DNA from: an uncultured Gammaproteobacteria bacterium | Lineage (GTDB): Bacteria; Patescibacteriota; Microgenomatia; Levybacterales; GWA1-39-11 | Assembly (NCBI GenBank): GCA_964485575.1 | Contig: CAZAJO010000007.1 | Coordinates: 1 to 61,323, forward strand | Reading direction: 5' to 3' | DNA length: 61,323 nucleotides | In this document: positions 18,720-25,950 of the stretch, piece by piece | Layout: every line of letters starts with the position of its first letter | How positions within the stretch are numbered: position 1 is the stretch's first letter | The notes under the pieces: model-generated | What the model was told of the DNA's origin: nothing | Databases searched by the model: none | The model's input: the letters and a program-made list of their open reading frames with translations, nothing else | Made by a program: the position numbers and the translations under genes

Positions 18720-19196
18720 TTATGTACAGCCTGTTGGATTTCCGTTGTATTTTTTAAGAACTGTTCCTGAGGATAGGACTCTTATTTCCCAACTCCCCGT
18801 TCCAAATCCAATATCATTAGGTAAAGTAAGTGGATAATTTGTGATAGGAGAGGTAAAAGGTTGAGGAGTACCTATTTCTTTTGATCCAAGCCATAACTCT
18901 ACAGTTCCATTAGTAGGTCCTTCAATTTTTACATTACCTGTCACAAAGGCAGTTTTTCCTGGTTGGCAACTACCCAATGTAACCGTTATATTCCATGCAC
19001 CTGCAGTTGGAGTTGAGGAGCCTGGGGTGGTTGTTGCAAGAGGGTCTGTTGGTGGAGTTGGCTCATCCGTTACTGAAGTGGGTTCATTCCCTGTAAAAAG
19101 TGAGCCCCCACCGCCAGAAAGCATTACTGCAAAAATAATTACAACAATCACAAGAATTATGTAGACTGTTGACTGACCTCTTTGAAGGTTGGGCAT
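18720..19196 (-). CDS. Small secreted protein with TadE/TadG-like N-terminus
   Basis: 158 aa: MPNLQRGQSTVYIILVIVVIIFAVML..., a PT stretch, then a beta-rich domain with 2 Cys. Confidence 0.6.
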   Translation of the reverse strand: MPNLQRGQSTVYIILVIVVIIFAVMLSGGGGSLFTGNEPTSVTDEPTPPTDPLATTTPGSSTPTAGAWNITVTLGSCQPGKTAFVTGNVKIEGPTNGTVELWLGSKEIGTPQPFTSPITNYPLTLPNDIGFGTGSWEIRVLSSGTVLKKYNGNPTGCT

Positions 19197-19201
19197 AATA
19201 T

Positions 19202-20134
19202 TTACAGGTCGCTGCAGATTCTTTGTGCGATTTCTTTGTAGATCTGTTTTAACTTTGTAGGGTCTGGAGTCTCATAAAAATTTGCTGGGTCGCTTACTAT
19301 ATTTGTCATCATATTGCGCATATCGGGGAGGAAGAATATATCACTTTCATCATTTTTGTCATAGATGGCTATAGCGTAGACATTAATACCGGCGTCCCTT
19401 ATCTCTTTGGCGACACTTGGTAACTGTGTAGGATCTTGGGTGAGAGCAAAGCATCTGTTTTGGAATTTGCGCCCGCTTGGACACGAAGGTGCTTCCGATT
19501 GATTCTCAGGAATTCCGTCAGAAAGAAGAATCATTGCAAAATCATTTTCAGGGAATTTTTTTTGAGCAGCAATAATTTTGTCTTTCATAAGTAAAAATGC
19601 TGCCCGAGTATGAGTTGATCCCCCGGGAGGGTTGTAGCTTCTTATTGCTGAAGCTACTTGACCTTTTACATCTTGATATCGTGAGAAGGGAACATCTTCA
19701 GATACCTCGCGTGGTTCACTACTAAAAGAAACCATTCCTATCACTGACTGGCCTCCAAGCCCAGTCGTAAAGGCAGTTAAGGCATCTTGCATGTTAACAA
19801 CTTTTGCTCCTCTCATTGATCCCGAGCGGTCGATGATAAGTCCAACTGCAGCTTTACTGGCGCACTCTTTGAATTTGATCGTCTTTAGTTGAAGTCTTGA
19901 TCCATATGGAGCAGGGGTTTCAAGAACCAATTCTAATTCTCCAGTTTCCCCGGGATCAGAGAGGACAGATTTTGGTGTGACCCCGCGGGAGAGTAACACA
20001 CCCATTCCAATTGCCAATGCGATAAAGGCAACAGTGAACATGGTCCCAGGTCCTGTAAGACTCATCCCAAATCTTCCACCAGAAGAGGTGCCATTACCAA
20101 ATATTCCACCACGCTTCCTATTGTTTGCCATCAT
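19202..20134 (-). CDS. Membrane-anchored von Willebrand factor A (vWA) domain protein
   Basis: 310 aa. MIDAS residues are DRSGS...GGSTH...LSDG, after one TM helix (MFTVAFIALAIGMGVLL). Confidence 0.8.
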   Translation of the reverse strand: MMANNRKRGGIFGNGTSSGGRFGMSLTGPGTMFTVAFIALAIGMGVLLSRGVTPKSVLSDPGETGELELVLETPAPYGSRLQLKTIKFKECASKAAVGLIIDRSGSMRGAKVVNMQDALTAFTTGLGGQSVIGMVSFSSEPREVSEDVPFSRYQDVKGQVASAIRSYNPPGGSTHTRAAFLLMKDKIIAAQKKFPENDFAMILLSDGIPENQSEAPSCPSGRKFQNRCFALTQDPTQLPSVAKEIRDAGINVYAIAIYDKNDESDIFFLPDMRNMMTNIVSDPANFYETPDPTKLKQIYKEIAQRICSDL

Positions 20135-20187
20135 TTTATTTTAGATTGTAAATTTGAATGATGTCAAATTGAGCGTTTAGTTGGAGG

Positions 20188-20204
20188 AAGGGTTTAGGGT
20201 ATAG
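20188..20204 (+). repeat. 17-mer AAGGGTTTAGGGTATAG (copy 2 of 3), part of the left GSGTTTAG array
   Basis: Read directly. Preceded by GCGTTTAG at 20173-20180. Confidence 0.9.
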
Positions 20205-20218
20205 TTATAATTAATAAA

Positions 20219-20581
20219 ATGATAAATTCTTATAAAGAATTAATTGTTTGGAAAAAAGCTATGGATTTATCCAGACTTATCTATAAAGAAACCAAACTAT
20301 TTCCTAAAGATGAAATGTATGGGTTAACATCACAAATTAGAAGAGCTTCTGTTTCAATCCCGTCTAATATAGCAGAAGGTTACGGGCGAAAATCGCGGAA
20401 AGAGTATCTTCAATTCTATTCAATTGCATATGGTTCGGTTCTAGAACTCGAAACTCAGATTATCCTCGCGCATGACTTCGGCTATATTTTAGATGGTCCA
20501 TTTACAGCAATCGAAAAACAAGCAGATGAAGTTTCAAGAATGCTACACTCCATGATCCTGAAACTAAACGCTAAACCCTAA
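20219..20581 (+). CDS. Four-helix-bundle protein (23S rRNA intervening-sequence protein family)
   Basis: 120 aa. ...LIVWKKAMDL...IYK.T..FPK.E.YGLTSQIRRA.VSIPSNIAEGYGR....E..QF..IA.GS..ELETQ is the classic family pattern. TATAAT at 20206-20211 lies 7 nt before the ATG. Confidence 0.85.
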   Translation: MINSYKELIVWKKAMDLSRLIYKETKLFPKDEMYGLTSQIRRASVSIPSNIAEGYGRKSRKEYLQFYSIAYGSVLELETQIILAHDFGYILDGPFTAIEKQADEVSRMLHSMILKLNAKP

Positions 20582-20610
20582 GCAAATTTTTAACTAAACC
20601 CTCACAATCC

Positions 20611-20639
20611 TTGCCTAAGCACAAACTCTTTGCTATAAT
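20611..20639 (+). promoter_or_regulatory. Promoter TTGCCT-N17-(TGC)TATAAT upstream of rpsB
   Basis: TTGCCT at 20611-20616 and the extended -10 TGCTATAAT at 20631-20639. A 76-nt leader with SD AAGGAA follows. Confidence 0.6.
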
Positions 20640-20715
20640 ACCTATATTACACATGCTTTGGATTACTTCCTGGCTGAAATACGCCCACAAAGCAGAGGCA
20701 AGTAAGGAATAAAAT

Positions 20716-21501
20716 ATGCGTCAAATCACATTAGAAGAATTATTGGAAGCAGGTTGTCACTTTGGACATCAGGTCAACCGCCGAAATCCAAAAGCTAACC
20801 GCTATATTTTTGAAGCCCGAAGTGGAGTTAATATCATCAATCTTGAGGCAACTCAGGAGGGACTTATCGCTGCAGCAGAATACGTCAAAGACTTGGCTTC
20901 AAAAGGTGGAAGTTTTGTCGTTGTCGGTACAAAAAGACAAGCTCAAACTATCGTTAAGGAAGAAGTAGAACGTGCTCGAGAGGTAACTCCAGACACAATC
21001 CACTACATCATATCCCGATGGATCGGTGGAATCTTCACAAATTTTGAAGAAGTAAAGAAAAATTTCAAAAAATTAGTTGATTTGGAAAAAATTGTAACTT
21101 CTGAAGACCGCGGAGGATATACAAAAAGAGAAGTTGGAATTTTTGAAAAAGAACTTGCAAAACTTAAAGATATCTATGGCGGACTTTATACTATTAAGGA
21201 AGCACCTGCTGCTGTATTTATCATTGATACTCACGGGGAAAACACTGCAGTAAGAGAAGCTGGAAGAGTCGGACTTACCACAATCGGAATAACTGATACG
21301 AATGCTGATCCATCTGAGGTTACTTATTCAATTCCTGCAAATGATGATGCAGTCGGATCAATAAAATTAATAACTTCTTATCTTATTGACGCATGGATCG
21401 AAGGATCAAAAGAGAAAGGTAAAGCAGATGCAGTCGCAGCTGAAAAAGCAGCAAAAGAAGTAGCAAAAAAAGCAAAGGCAGCAGACAAAGTGACAGCCTA
21501 A
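20716..21501 (+). CDS. rpsB: 30S ribosomal protein S2
   Basis: 261 aa. LLEAG.HFGHQ..R.NPK...YIF..R..V.IINL. The C-terminal tail is Lys/Ala-rich. Confidence 0.95.
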   Translation: MRQITLEELLEAGCHFGHQVNRRNPKANRYIFEARSGVNIINLEATQEGLIAAAEYVKDLASKGGSFVVVGTKRQAQTIVKEEVERAREVTPDTIHYIISRWIGGIFTNFEEVKKNFKKLVDLEKIVTSEDRGGYTKREVGIFEKELAKLKDIYGGLYTIKEAPAAVFIIDTHGENTAVREAGRVGLTTIGITDTNADPSEVTYSIPANDDAVGSIKLITSYLIDAWIEGSKEKGKADAVAAEKAAKEVAKKAKAADKVTA

Positions 21502-21574
21502 AGGCTGTCATCCCGGACTCGATCCGGGAACCAGAATATAAATAGAATGGATCCCTGGTCAAGCCAGGGATGAC
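21491..21574. repeat. Compound palindromic element between rpsB and tsf (three hairpins plus outer inverted repeat)
   Basis: TGACAGCC-taaa-GGCTGTCA has the rpsB stop codon in its loop. Then come TCCCGGA-ctcga-TCCGGGA (21511-21529) and ATCCCTG-gtcaagc-CAGGGAT (21551-21571). The outer repeat is GTCATCCC...GGGATGAC. Confidence 0.8.
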
Positions 21575-21582
21575 AAAGTCAT

Positions 21583-22035
21583 ATGACAGTTACAGCACAA
21601 CAAATTAAAGATCTTCGAGAAAAAACACAAGCAGGGTTTGCCGATTGTAAAAATGCTTTGGAAGAGGCAGGGGGAGACATGAAAAAAGCAGAGGAGATAC
21701 TTCGAAAAAAAGGATTTGAAAAAGCTGCAAAAAAATCTGACCGCGAAACAGGACAAGGACTTGTTGAGTCATATGTTCACCAAACTGGGAAAGTTGGAGT
21801 ACTCGTATCACTTCTTTGCGAGACTGATTTTGTTGCAAGAACTGATGAATTTAAATCTCTAGCACACGAAGTAGCTATGCAGGTTGCTGCAATGAATCCA
21901 AAAGACACAGCGGCACTTTTAAAGCAAGAATACATAAGAGATGGTTCAAAAACCATAAATGATTTAGTTACCGAAGCAATTGCAAAACTTGGTGAAAATA
22001 TTCAGATCGGTGAATTCAAGAGATCTGAAATCTAG
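21583..22035 (+). CDS. tsf: Elongation factor Ts, short form (150 aa)
   Basis: The N-terminal UBA-like region is IKDLREKT.AG...CK.AL.E..GD..KA...LRKKG, and the core is CETDFVAR. It lacks roughly the C-terminal half of E. coli-type EF-Ts. Confidence 0.85.
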   Translation: MTVTAQQIKDLREKTQAGFADCKNALEEAGGDMKKAEEILRKKGFEKAAKKSDRETGQGLVESYVHQTGKVGVLVSLLCETDFVARTDEFKSLAHEVAMQVAAMNPKDTAALLKQEYIRDGSKTINDLVTEAIAKLGENIQIGEFKRSEI

Positions 22036-22070
22036 TAGTCCTCAGTCTTTAGTTTTGACATAACTTCCGA

Positions 22071-22076
22071 TATAAT
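22071..22076 (+). promoter_or_regulatory. -10 hexamer TATAAT 8 nt before the rseP ATG (leaderless candidate)
   Basis: TATAAT-aaatctca-ATG(22085), with no SD. Confidence 0.45.
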
Positions 22077-22084
22077 AAATCTCA

Positions 22085-23194
22085 ATGCTTGTTACTGTTA
22101 TTGCTTTTGTCGTAATTCTTTCCGTTCTTGTAGTCGTCCATGAATTAGGGCATTTTTTGGTTGCCAAAAAATTGGGCATTAAAGTTGAGGAGTTCGGAAT
22201 TGGATTCCCCCCAAGAGCTTTCAGTAAAAAAATCGGAGAGACTGTGTATTCCATCAACTGGCTTCCCGTTGGGGGGTTTGTAAAACTATTTGGTGAAGAT
22301 GAGGCCGGAGGAGGAAAAATTGGACGTCAGAAGTTAGGAGCTGGAAGTCAGGGTGATGAAGTTGAAAGAGCATATTATGCGCGGCCTCTTTGGCAGAGAA
22401 TGGCAGTAGTAACTGCCGGGGTTATCATGAATGTCATTTTGGCAATCGTTCTCATCTCTTTCCTTTTTGGGACTCAAGGAGTGCCGCTTCCAACGGACAA
22501 TATCATCGTTACTGAAGTTGCCCATAGCTCACCGGCTGAAATCGCAGGACTTCGAAAAAACGATAGGATACTAAGTATTAATGACAAGAAAATCACAGAT
22601 ACAAGTTTGTTTATTTCAGAGACAAAAAAACTAAAGGGACTAGAGGTTACGCTTATCGTCAAAAGAGGTGACCAACAGTTCACTACAAAACTAACTCCAC
22701 GTGTAAATTCACCAAAAAACCAAGGGGCAATGGGGGTAGCGATCTCAAATATAGAAGTTAAGAAATATTCGTGGTGGGAGGCTCCATTTTTTGGGACATT
22801 AGAGGCTGCAAAATTCTCATGGATGATAGCAAGTGGGCTTGGGAGTATGATAGGGGATTTTGTATTGCACGGAGTAAAACCTCAAGGAGTTGCTGGTCCA
22901 ATTGGGGTTGCTCAGCTGACCGGGGAAGCTGTGAGAGCCGGATGGTTTGCGGTACTATGGTTCATGGCACTGTTGTCACTAAATCTTGCAGTTCTTAATA
23001 TTTTGCCGATCCCAGCACTTGATGGAGGAAGATTTTTCTTCATGATAATTGAAATGTTAACCGGAAAGAAAGTGAGTCCGAAATACGAAGCGTACGCCCA
23101 TGCAATAGGACTCTTTTTATTGCTTGGGCTTATGGCTGTTGTTACGATCCTTGATATCACAAGGCTTGCCCAAGGAAAAAGCATAATTCCGTAG
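22085..23194 (+). CDS. rseP: RIP (site-2) zinc metalloprotease, M50 family
   Basis: 369 aa with HELGHF in TM1, a central PDZ-like region and C-terminal ...LNLAVLNILPIPALDGG. Confidence 0.85.
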   Translation: MLVTVIAFVVILSVLVVVHELGHFLVAKKLGIKVEEFGIGFPPRAFSKKIGETVYSINWLPVGGFVKLFGEDEAGGGKIGRQKLGAGSQGDEVERAYYARPLWQRMAVVTAGVIMNVILAIVLISFLFGTQGVPLPTDNIIVTEVAHSSPAEIAGLRKNDRILSINDKKITDTSLFISETKKLKGLEVTLIVKRGDQQFTTKLTPRVNSPKNQGAMGVAISNIEVKKYSWWEAPFFGTLEAAKFSWMIASGLGSMIGDFVLHGVKPQGVAGPIGVAQLTGEAVRAGWFAVLWFMALLSLNLAVLNILPIPALDGGRFFFMIIEMLTGKKVSPKYEAYAHAIGLFLLLGLMAVVTILDITRLAQGKSIIP

Positions 23195-23210
23195 AATAGC
23201 GTTTGGTTAG

Positions 23211-23239
23211 TTGAAATCAAATAAGCATTCTGGTAGTCT
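23211..23239 (+). promoter_or_regulatory. Promoter TTGAAA-N17-TAGTCT, 9 nt before the frr ATG
   Basis: TTGAAA at 23211-23216 and TAGTCT at 23234-23239. No SD. Confidence 0.45.
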
Positions 23240-23248
23240 TAACTCGAT

Positions 23249-23812
23249 ATGGACAATCAAATTCAAGCATCAACAAAGCAAAGAATGGAGCGAGCGCTTC
23301 AGGTTCTTAAAGATGATTTTGGGACAGTCAAAACCGGCAAAGCAAACCCTCAACTTGTCGAAAGTATAGTCATAAAGGCTTATGGCGGCTCGGCAATGCT
23401 TAAGGTAAATGAGCTAGCAACTATCCATGTCCAGGATGCATCAACTGTTATCATAACTCCTTTCGATCATTCTGTTCTAGGAGATATAGAAAGAGGAATA
23501 TCTGACAGTCAAATGGGACTTGGGATATCAGTTGATGGAAGTATCATAAGAATCACCGTTCCTCCATTGACTCAAGAGAGACGTGAGGAATTCGTAAAAT
23601 TAATACATAAAAAAGCAGAGAATGGAAAAATCATGATAAGACAAGCAAGAGCTGAGTCAAATGATGAGATAGGTAAAATGAAGAAGGATAACGAAATTAC
23701 AGAAGATGATGAAAAAAGGCTGGAAAAAGAGGTTCAAAAATTGACAGATGAGTATGTTGAAAAGATTGATGAGATAGAGAAAATGAAAGAGCAAGAGTTG
23801 ATGACTGTGTAG
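23249..23812 (+). CDS. frr: Ribosome recycling factor
   Basis: 187 aa. ...VKTGKANP.L...I.V.AYG....L...A.I......I.ITPFD... is typical RRF. Confidence 0.95.
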   Translation: MDNQIQASTKQRMERALQVLKDDFGTVKTGKANPQLVESIVIKAYGGSAMLKVNELATIHVQDASTVIITPFDHSVLGDIERGISDSQMGLGISVDGSIIRITVPPLTQERREEFVKLIHKKAENGKIMIRQARAESNDEIGKMKKDNEITEDDEKRLEKEVQKLTDEYVEKIDEIEKMKEQELMTV

Positions 23813-23820
23813 TTCCCCAC

Positions 23821-24429
23821 ATGAAAATTCCAAAAGCATTAGAGCGTGTTGTCGAAAGCTTTGAGCGGCTTCCCGGTATCGGTCCAAAGTCTGCTCAAAG
23901 ACTTGGGTTTTATTTACTCCATGTTCCTCAAAGTGATCTTGAAGACTTCGCGGATGCGCTAATCAACCTTAAAAAGAATACTAAAATGTGTGCGATATGC
24001 TTCAATATCGGCACAACAGAACTTTGTGATGTGTGTGCAGATCCAGAACGCGACGTATCAACGGTCTGCATTGTTGAGGATGCATTAGACGTTCTTGCAT
24101 TTGAGAGGTCTGATAAATTTAAAGGGGTCTATCATGTTTTGCATGGTGTTGTTGATCCGCTTAATTCTATCGGTCCTGACGACATATATATACCACAGTT
24201 AATGAATCGAATTAGGGAGAAGGAATCAAAAGTTAAGGAATTGATTATTGCAACAAATCCCACGATGGAAGGCGAGGCAACAGCAATGTATATAGCGAAA
24301 GGAATAAAGAATGAGGAATCAGGGATTAAGCTAAGTAGGATTGGAAGAGGCCTTCCAGTTGGTGCAGACATCGAATACGCTGATGAAGTGACATTGGGAC
24401 GTGCTTTGGAGGGAAGAAGCGAATACTAA
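23821..24429 (+). CDS. recR: Recombination protein RecR
   Basis: 202 aa with LPGIGPKSAQRL, a C4 zinc finger C.IC....C..C, and a Toprim region. Confidence 0.95.
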   Translation: MKIPKALERVVESFERLPGIGPKSAQRLGFYLLHVPQSDLEDFADALINLKKNTKMCAICFNIGTTELCDVCADPERDVSTVCIVEDALDVLAFERSDKFKGVYHVLHGVVDPLNSIGPDDIYIPQLMNRIREKESKVKELIIATNPTMEGEATAMYIAKGIKNEESGIKLSRIGRGLPVGADIEYADEVTLGRALEGRSEY

Positions 24430-25916
24430 GCAGCTTTTGCTAGATCATCAGTTGCAGATGCTTGACCAGGTTGTGCTGGAAATTGTGTAACAGAATCGCT
24501 AGCTTCAGGAGTAGGAGGGGTAGTTGGTAAACCTGCACTAAGAGAAGCAGTATCATCTACGATTCCAGCTTCAGTTGCAAGAGGTGTTGGTAGTACAGGG
24601 TTAGTTGGCGACATTGTTCCTGGAACAGCAACAGTAGGAGCTGTGGGTTCATTGTCAACATCATTTGCGACCGGAGCAGCATCATCCGCAATTTCACCAA
24701 CAGTTGACGTTTCAGAACCGGTTTCTATCGGAATATCATGACCAACTTCTGCTGTTTGATCAGATGGTTCAGCAAGTGCAGCAGCAGAGAATGGAGGTCT
24801 TTCAGCGGCGACTGCGGCTCCATCAGCCATAGCTTGACCAAGAGCGTCACCATCAACAGCAGCATCACCACTAACAACAGGTGCATCAGGATGTGAAGCT
24901 GTTCCATCGACTGACCAATCTGGTGGAGCCATAGTACCATCTGCAACTGCCCCGGGACCCGCATGAACTGCTTCAGCATTTGCATCTGCGGACTGACCAA
25001 CTGGTAATTCTTCTGCTGGAGCATCTTCAGTAGCAACCTCTTCAGTTCCTGGCTCTACGACTGGAGTTGTTTCAACTGAAGTTGCGGCGGTTTTACTTGG
25101 GTCTCCTAGTCCTTCCACTGGGATAGCAGCAGCAGGTGCTTCTGGCAAAGCGCTTACTTCCTCAGCTGGTGCAACGTCAGCACTTGGAGTAAAAACTGCT
25201 GGAGTCTCAGGTGCATCTGTCTCAAGGACAGCAGGATGCTCTCCCGCATTTTCCATATCTTGTGTCAAGGTAGTTGCAGCTGCTTCAACTACAGGTGCTG
25301 GGACAACTTCTGGTTGAGTTGTACCAAGTGAAGGAGCAGGGGTTGCTACAACTTCAGCAGAAGCAGGTGTTGATGCGACCATTCCGCCATTTTCTGGACT
25401 TGGAATTGAATTTTGGAATGGTACACCTGTTGCAGCACCAGCAGCCATGGCATCGGGAGTTGAGAGCCCAGCATAGTTATTTGCTGCAGGAGTACTAAAG
25501 TCTCTCGTTACTGCAGGACCATCGGCAGTTGCACCGTTAAGATTGGCAACTGGTGGAGTTTCAAGAGTGCCATTTGGTGTTGTAGTTAGATGGTCAGGGG
25601 TGGGTTGTGGAGTGACAGTTTCAGTAGTTACGCTTGCACGAAGACCCAATGCGCCCAAAATTTTATGAAATCTCCCTGGTTCTTGTGGTGCTGTTTTTTG
25701 TGCAGCAACTTCAGCGGCTTTAGTATTTGCAGTAGCGAGTATTTCAGGCATTTGAGGAGTACCCACAGCTTCAAGTCCAGTCAAAGGTTTTGCTTCAGGT
25801 AGAACGGCAGGGTGCTGTCCATCAGCTTCCATATCTTGAGTTAGTGTAGTTGCAGGAGCAGCATCAACCGTTGGTGCACTAGATGTAGTATTGGGGGATT
25901 CTGTCTGAATATCCAT
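24426..25916 (-). CDS. Highly acidic, low-complexity (A/P/T/E/D/V) protein, predicted disordered
   Basis: 496 aa with no TM or signal peptide. By eye it has ~11 K/R against several-fold more D/E. It contains an internal repeat TTLTQDME(A/N)(D/A)G(Q/E)HPAVL and one basic amphipathic patch, GRFHKILGALGLRAS. Confidence 0.6.
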   Translation of the reverse strand: MDIQTESPNTTSSAPTVDAAPATTLTQDMEADGQHPAVLPEAKPLTGLEAVGTPQMPEILATANTKAAEVAAQKTAPQEPGRFHKILGALGLRASVTTETVTPQPTPDHLTTTPNGTLETPPVANLNGATADGPAVTRDFSTPAANNYAGLSTPDAMAAGAATGVPFQNSIPSPENGGMVASTPASAEVVATPAPSLGTTQPEVVPAPVVEAAATTLTQDMENAGEHPAVLETDAPETPAVFTPSADVAPAEEVSALPEAPAAAIPVEGLGDPSKTAATSVETTPVVEPGTEEVATEDAPAEELPVGQSADANAEAVHAGPGAVADGTMAPPDWSVDGTASHPDAPVVSGDAAVDGDALGQAMADGAAVAAERPPFSAAALAEPSDQTAEVGHDIPIETGSETSTVGEIADDAAPVANDVDNEPTAPTVAVPGTMSPTNPVLPTPLATEAGIVDDTASLSAGLPTTPPTPEASDSVTQFPAQPGQASATDDLAKAA

Positions 25917-25950
25917 TACAAACTAAGTTACAGGAAAAGGGGTTGGATTG

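Noticed and set aside
20188-20204. GGGTTTAGGG read as a plant-type telomere repeat (TTTAGGG) or a G-quadruplex.
   Set aside because: Only about 1.5 units occur per site, at internal positions in a bacterial genome. No site has four contiguous G-runs. It is better explained as a member of the GSGTTTAG word family.
25220-25870. Internal repeat in the acidic protein gene (around 25226-25290 vs 25797-25865) as a DGR template/variable repeat pair.
   Set aside because: The two copies differ by all substitution types, not only at adenines. Identity is only ~70%, and no reverse transcriptase is nearby.
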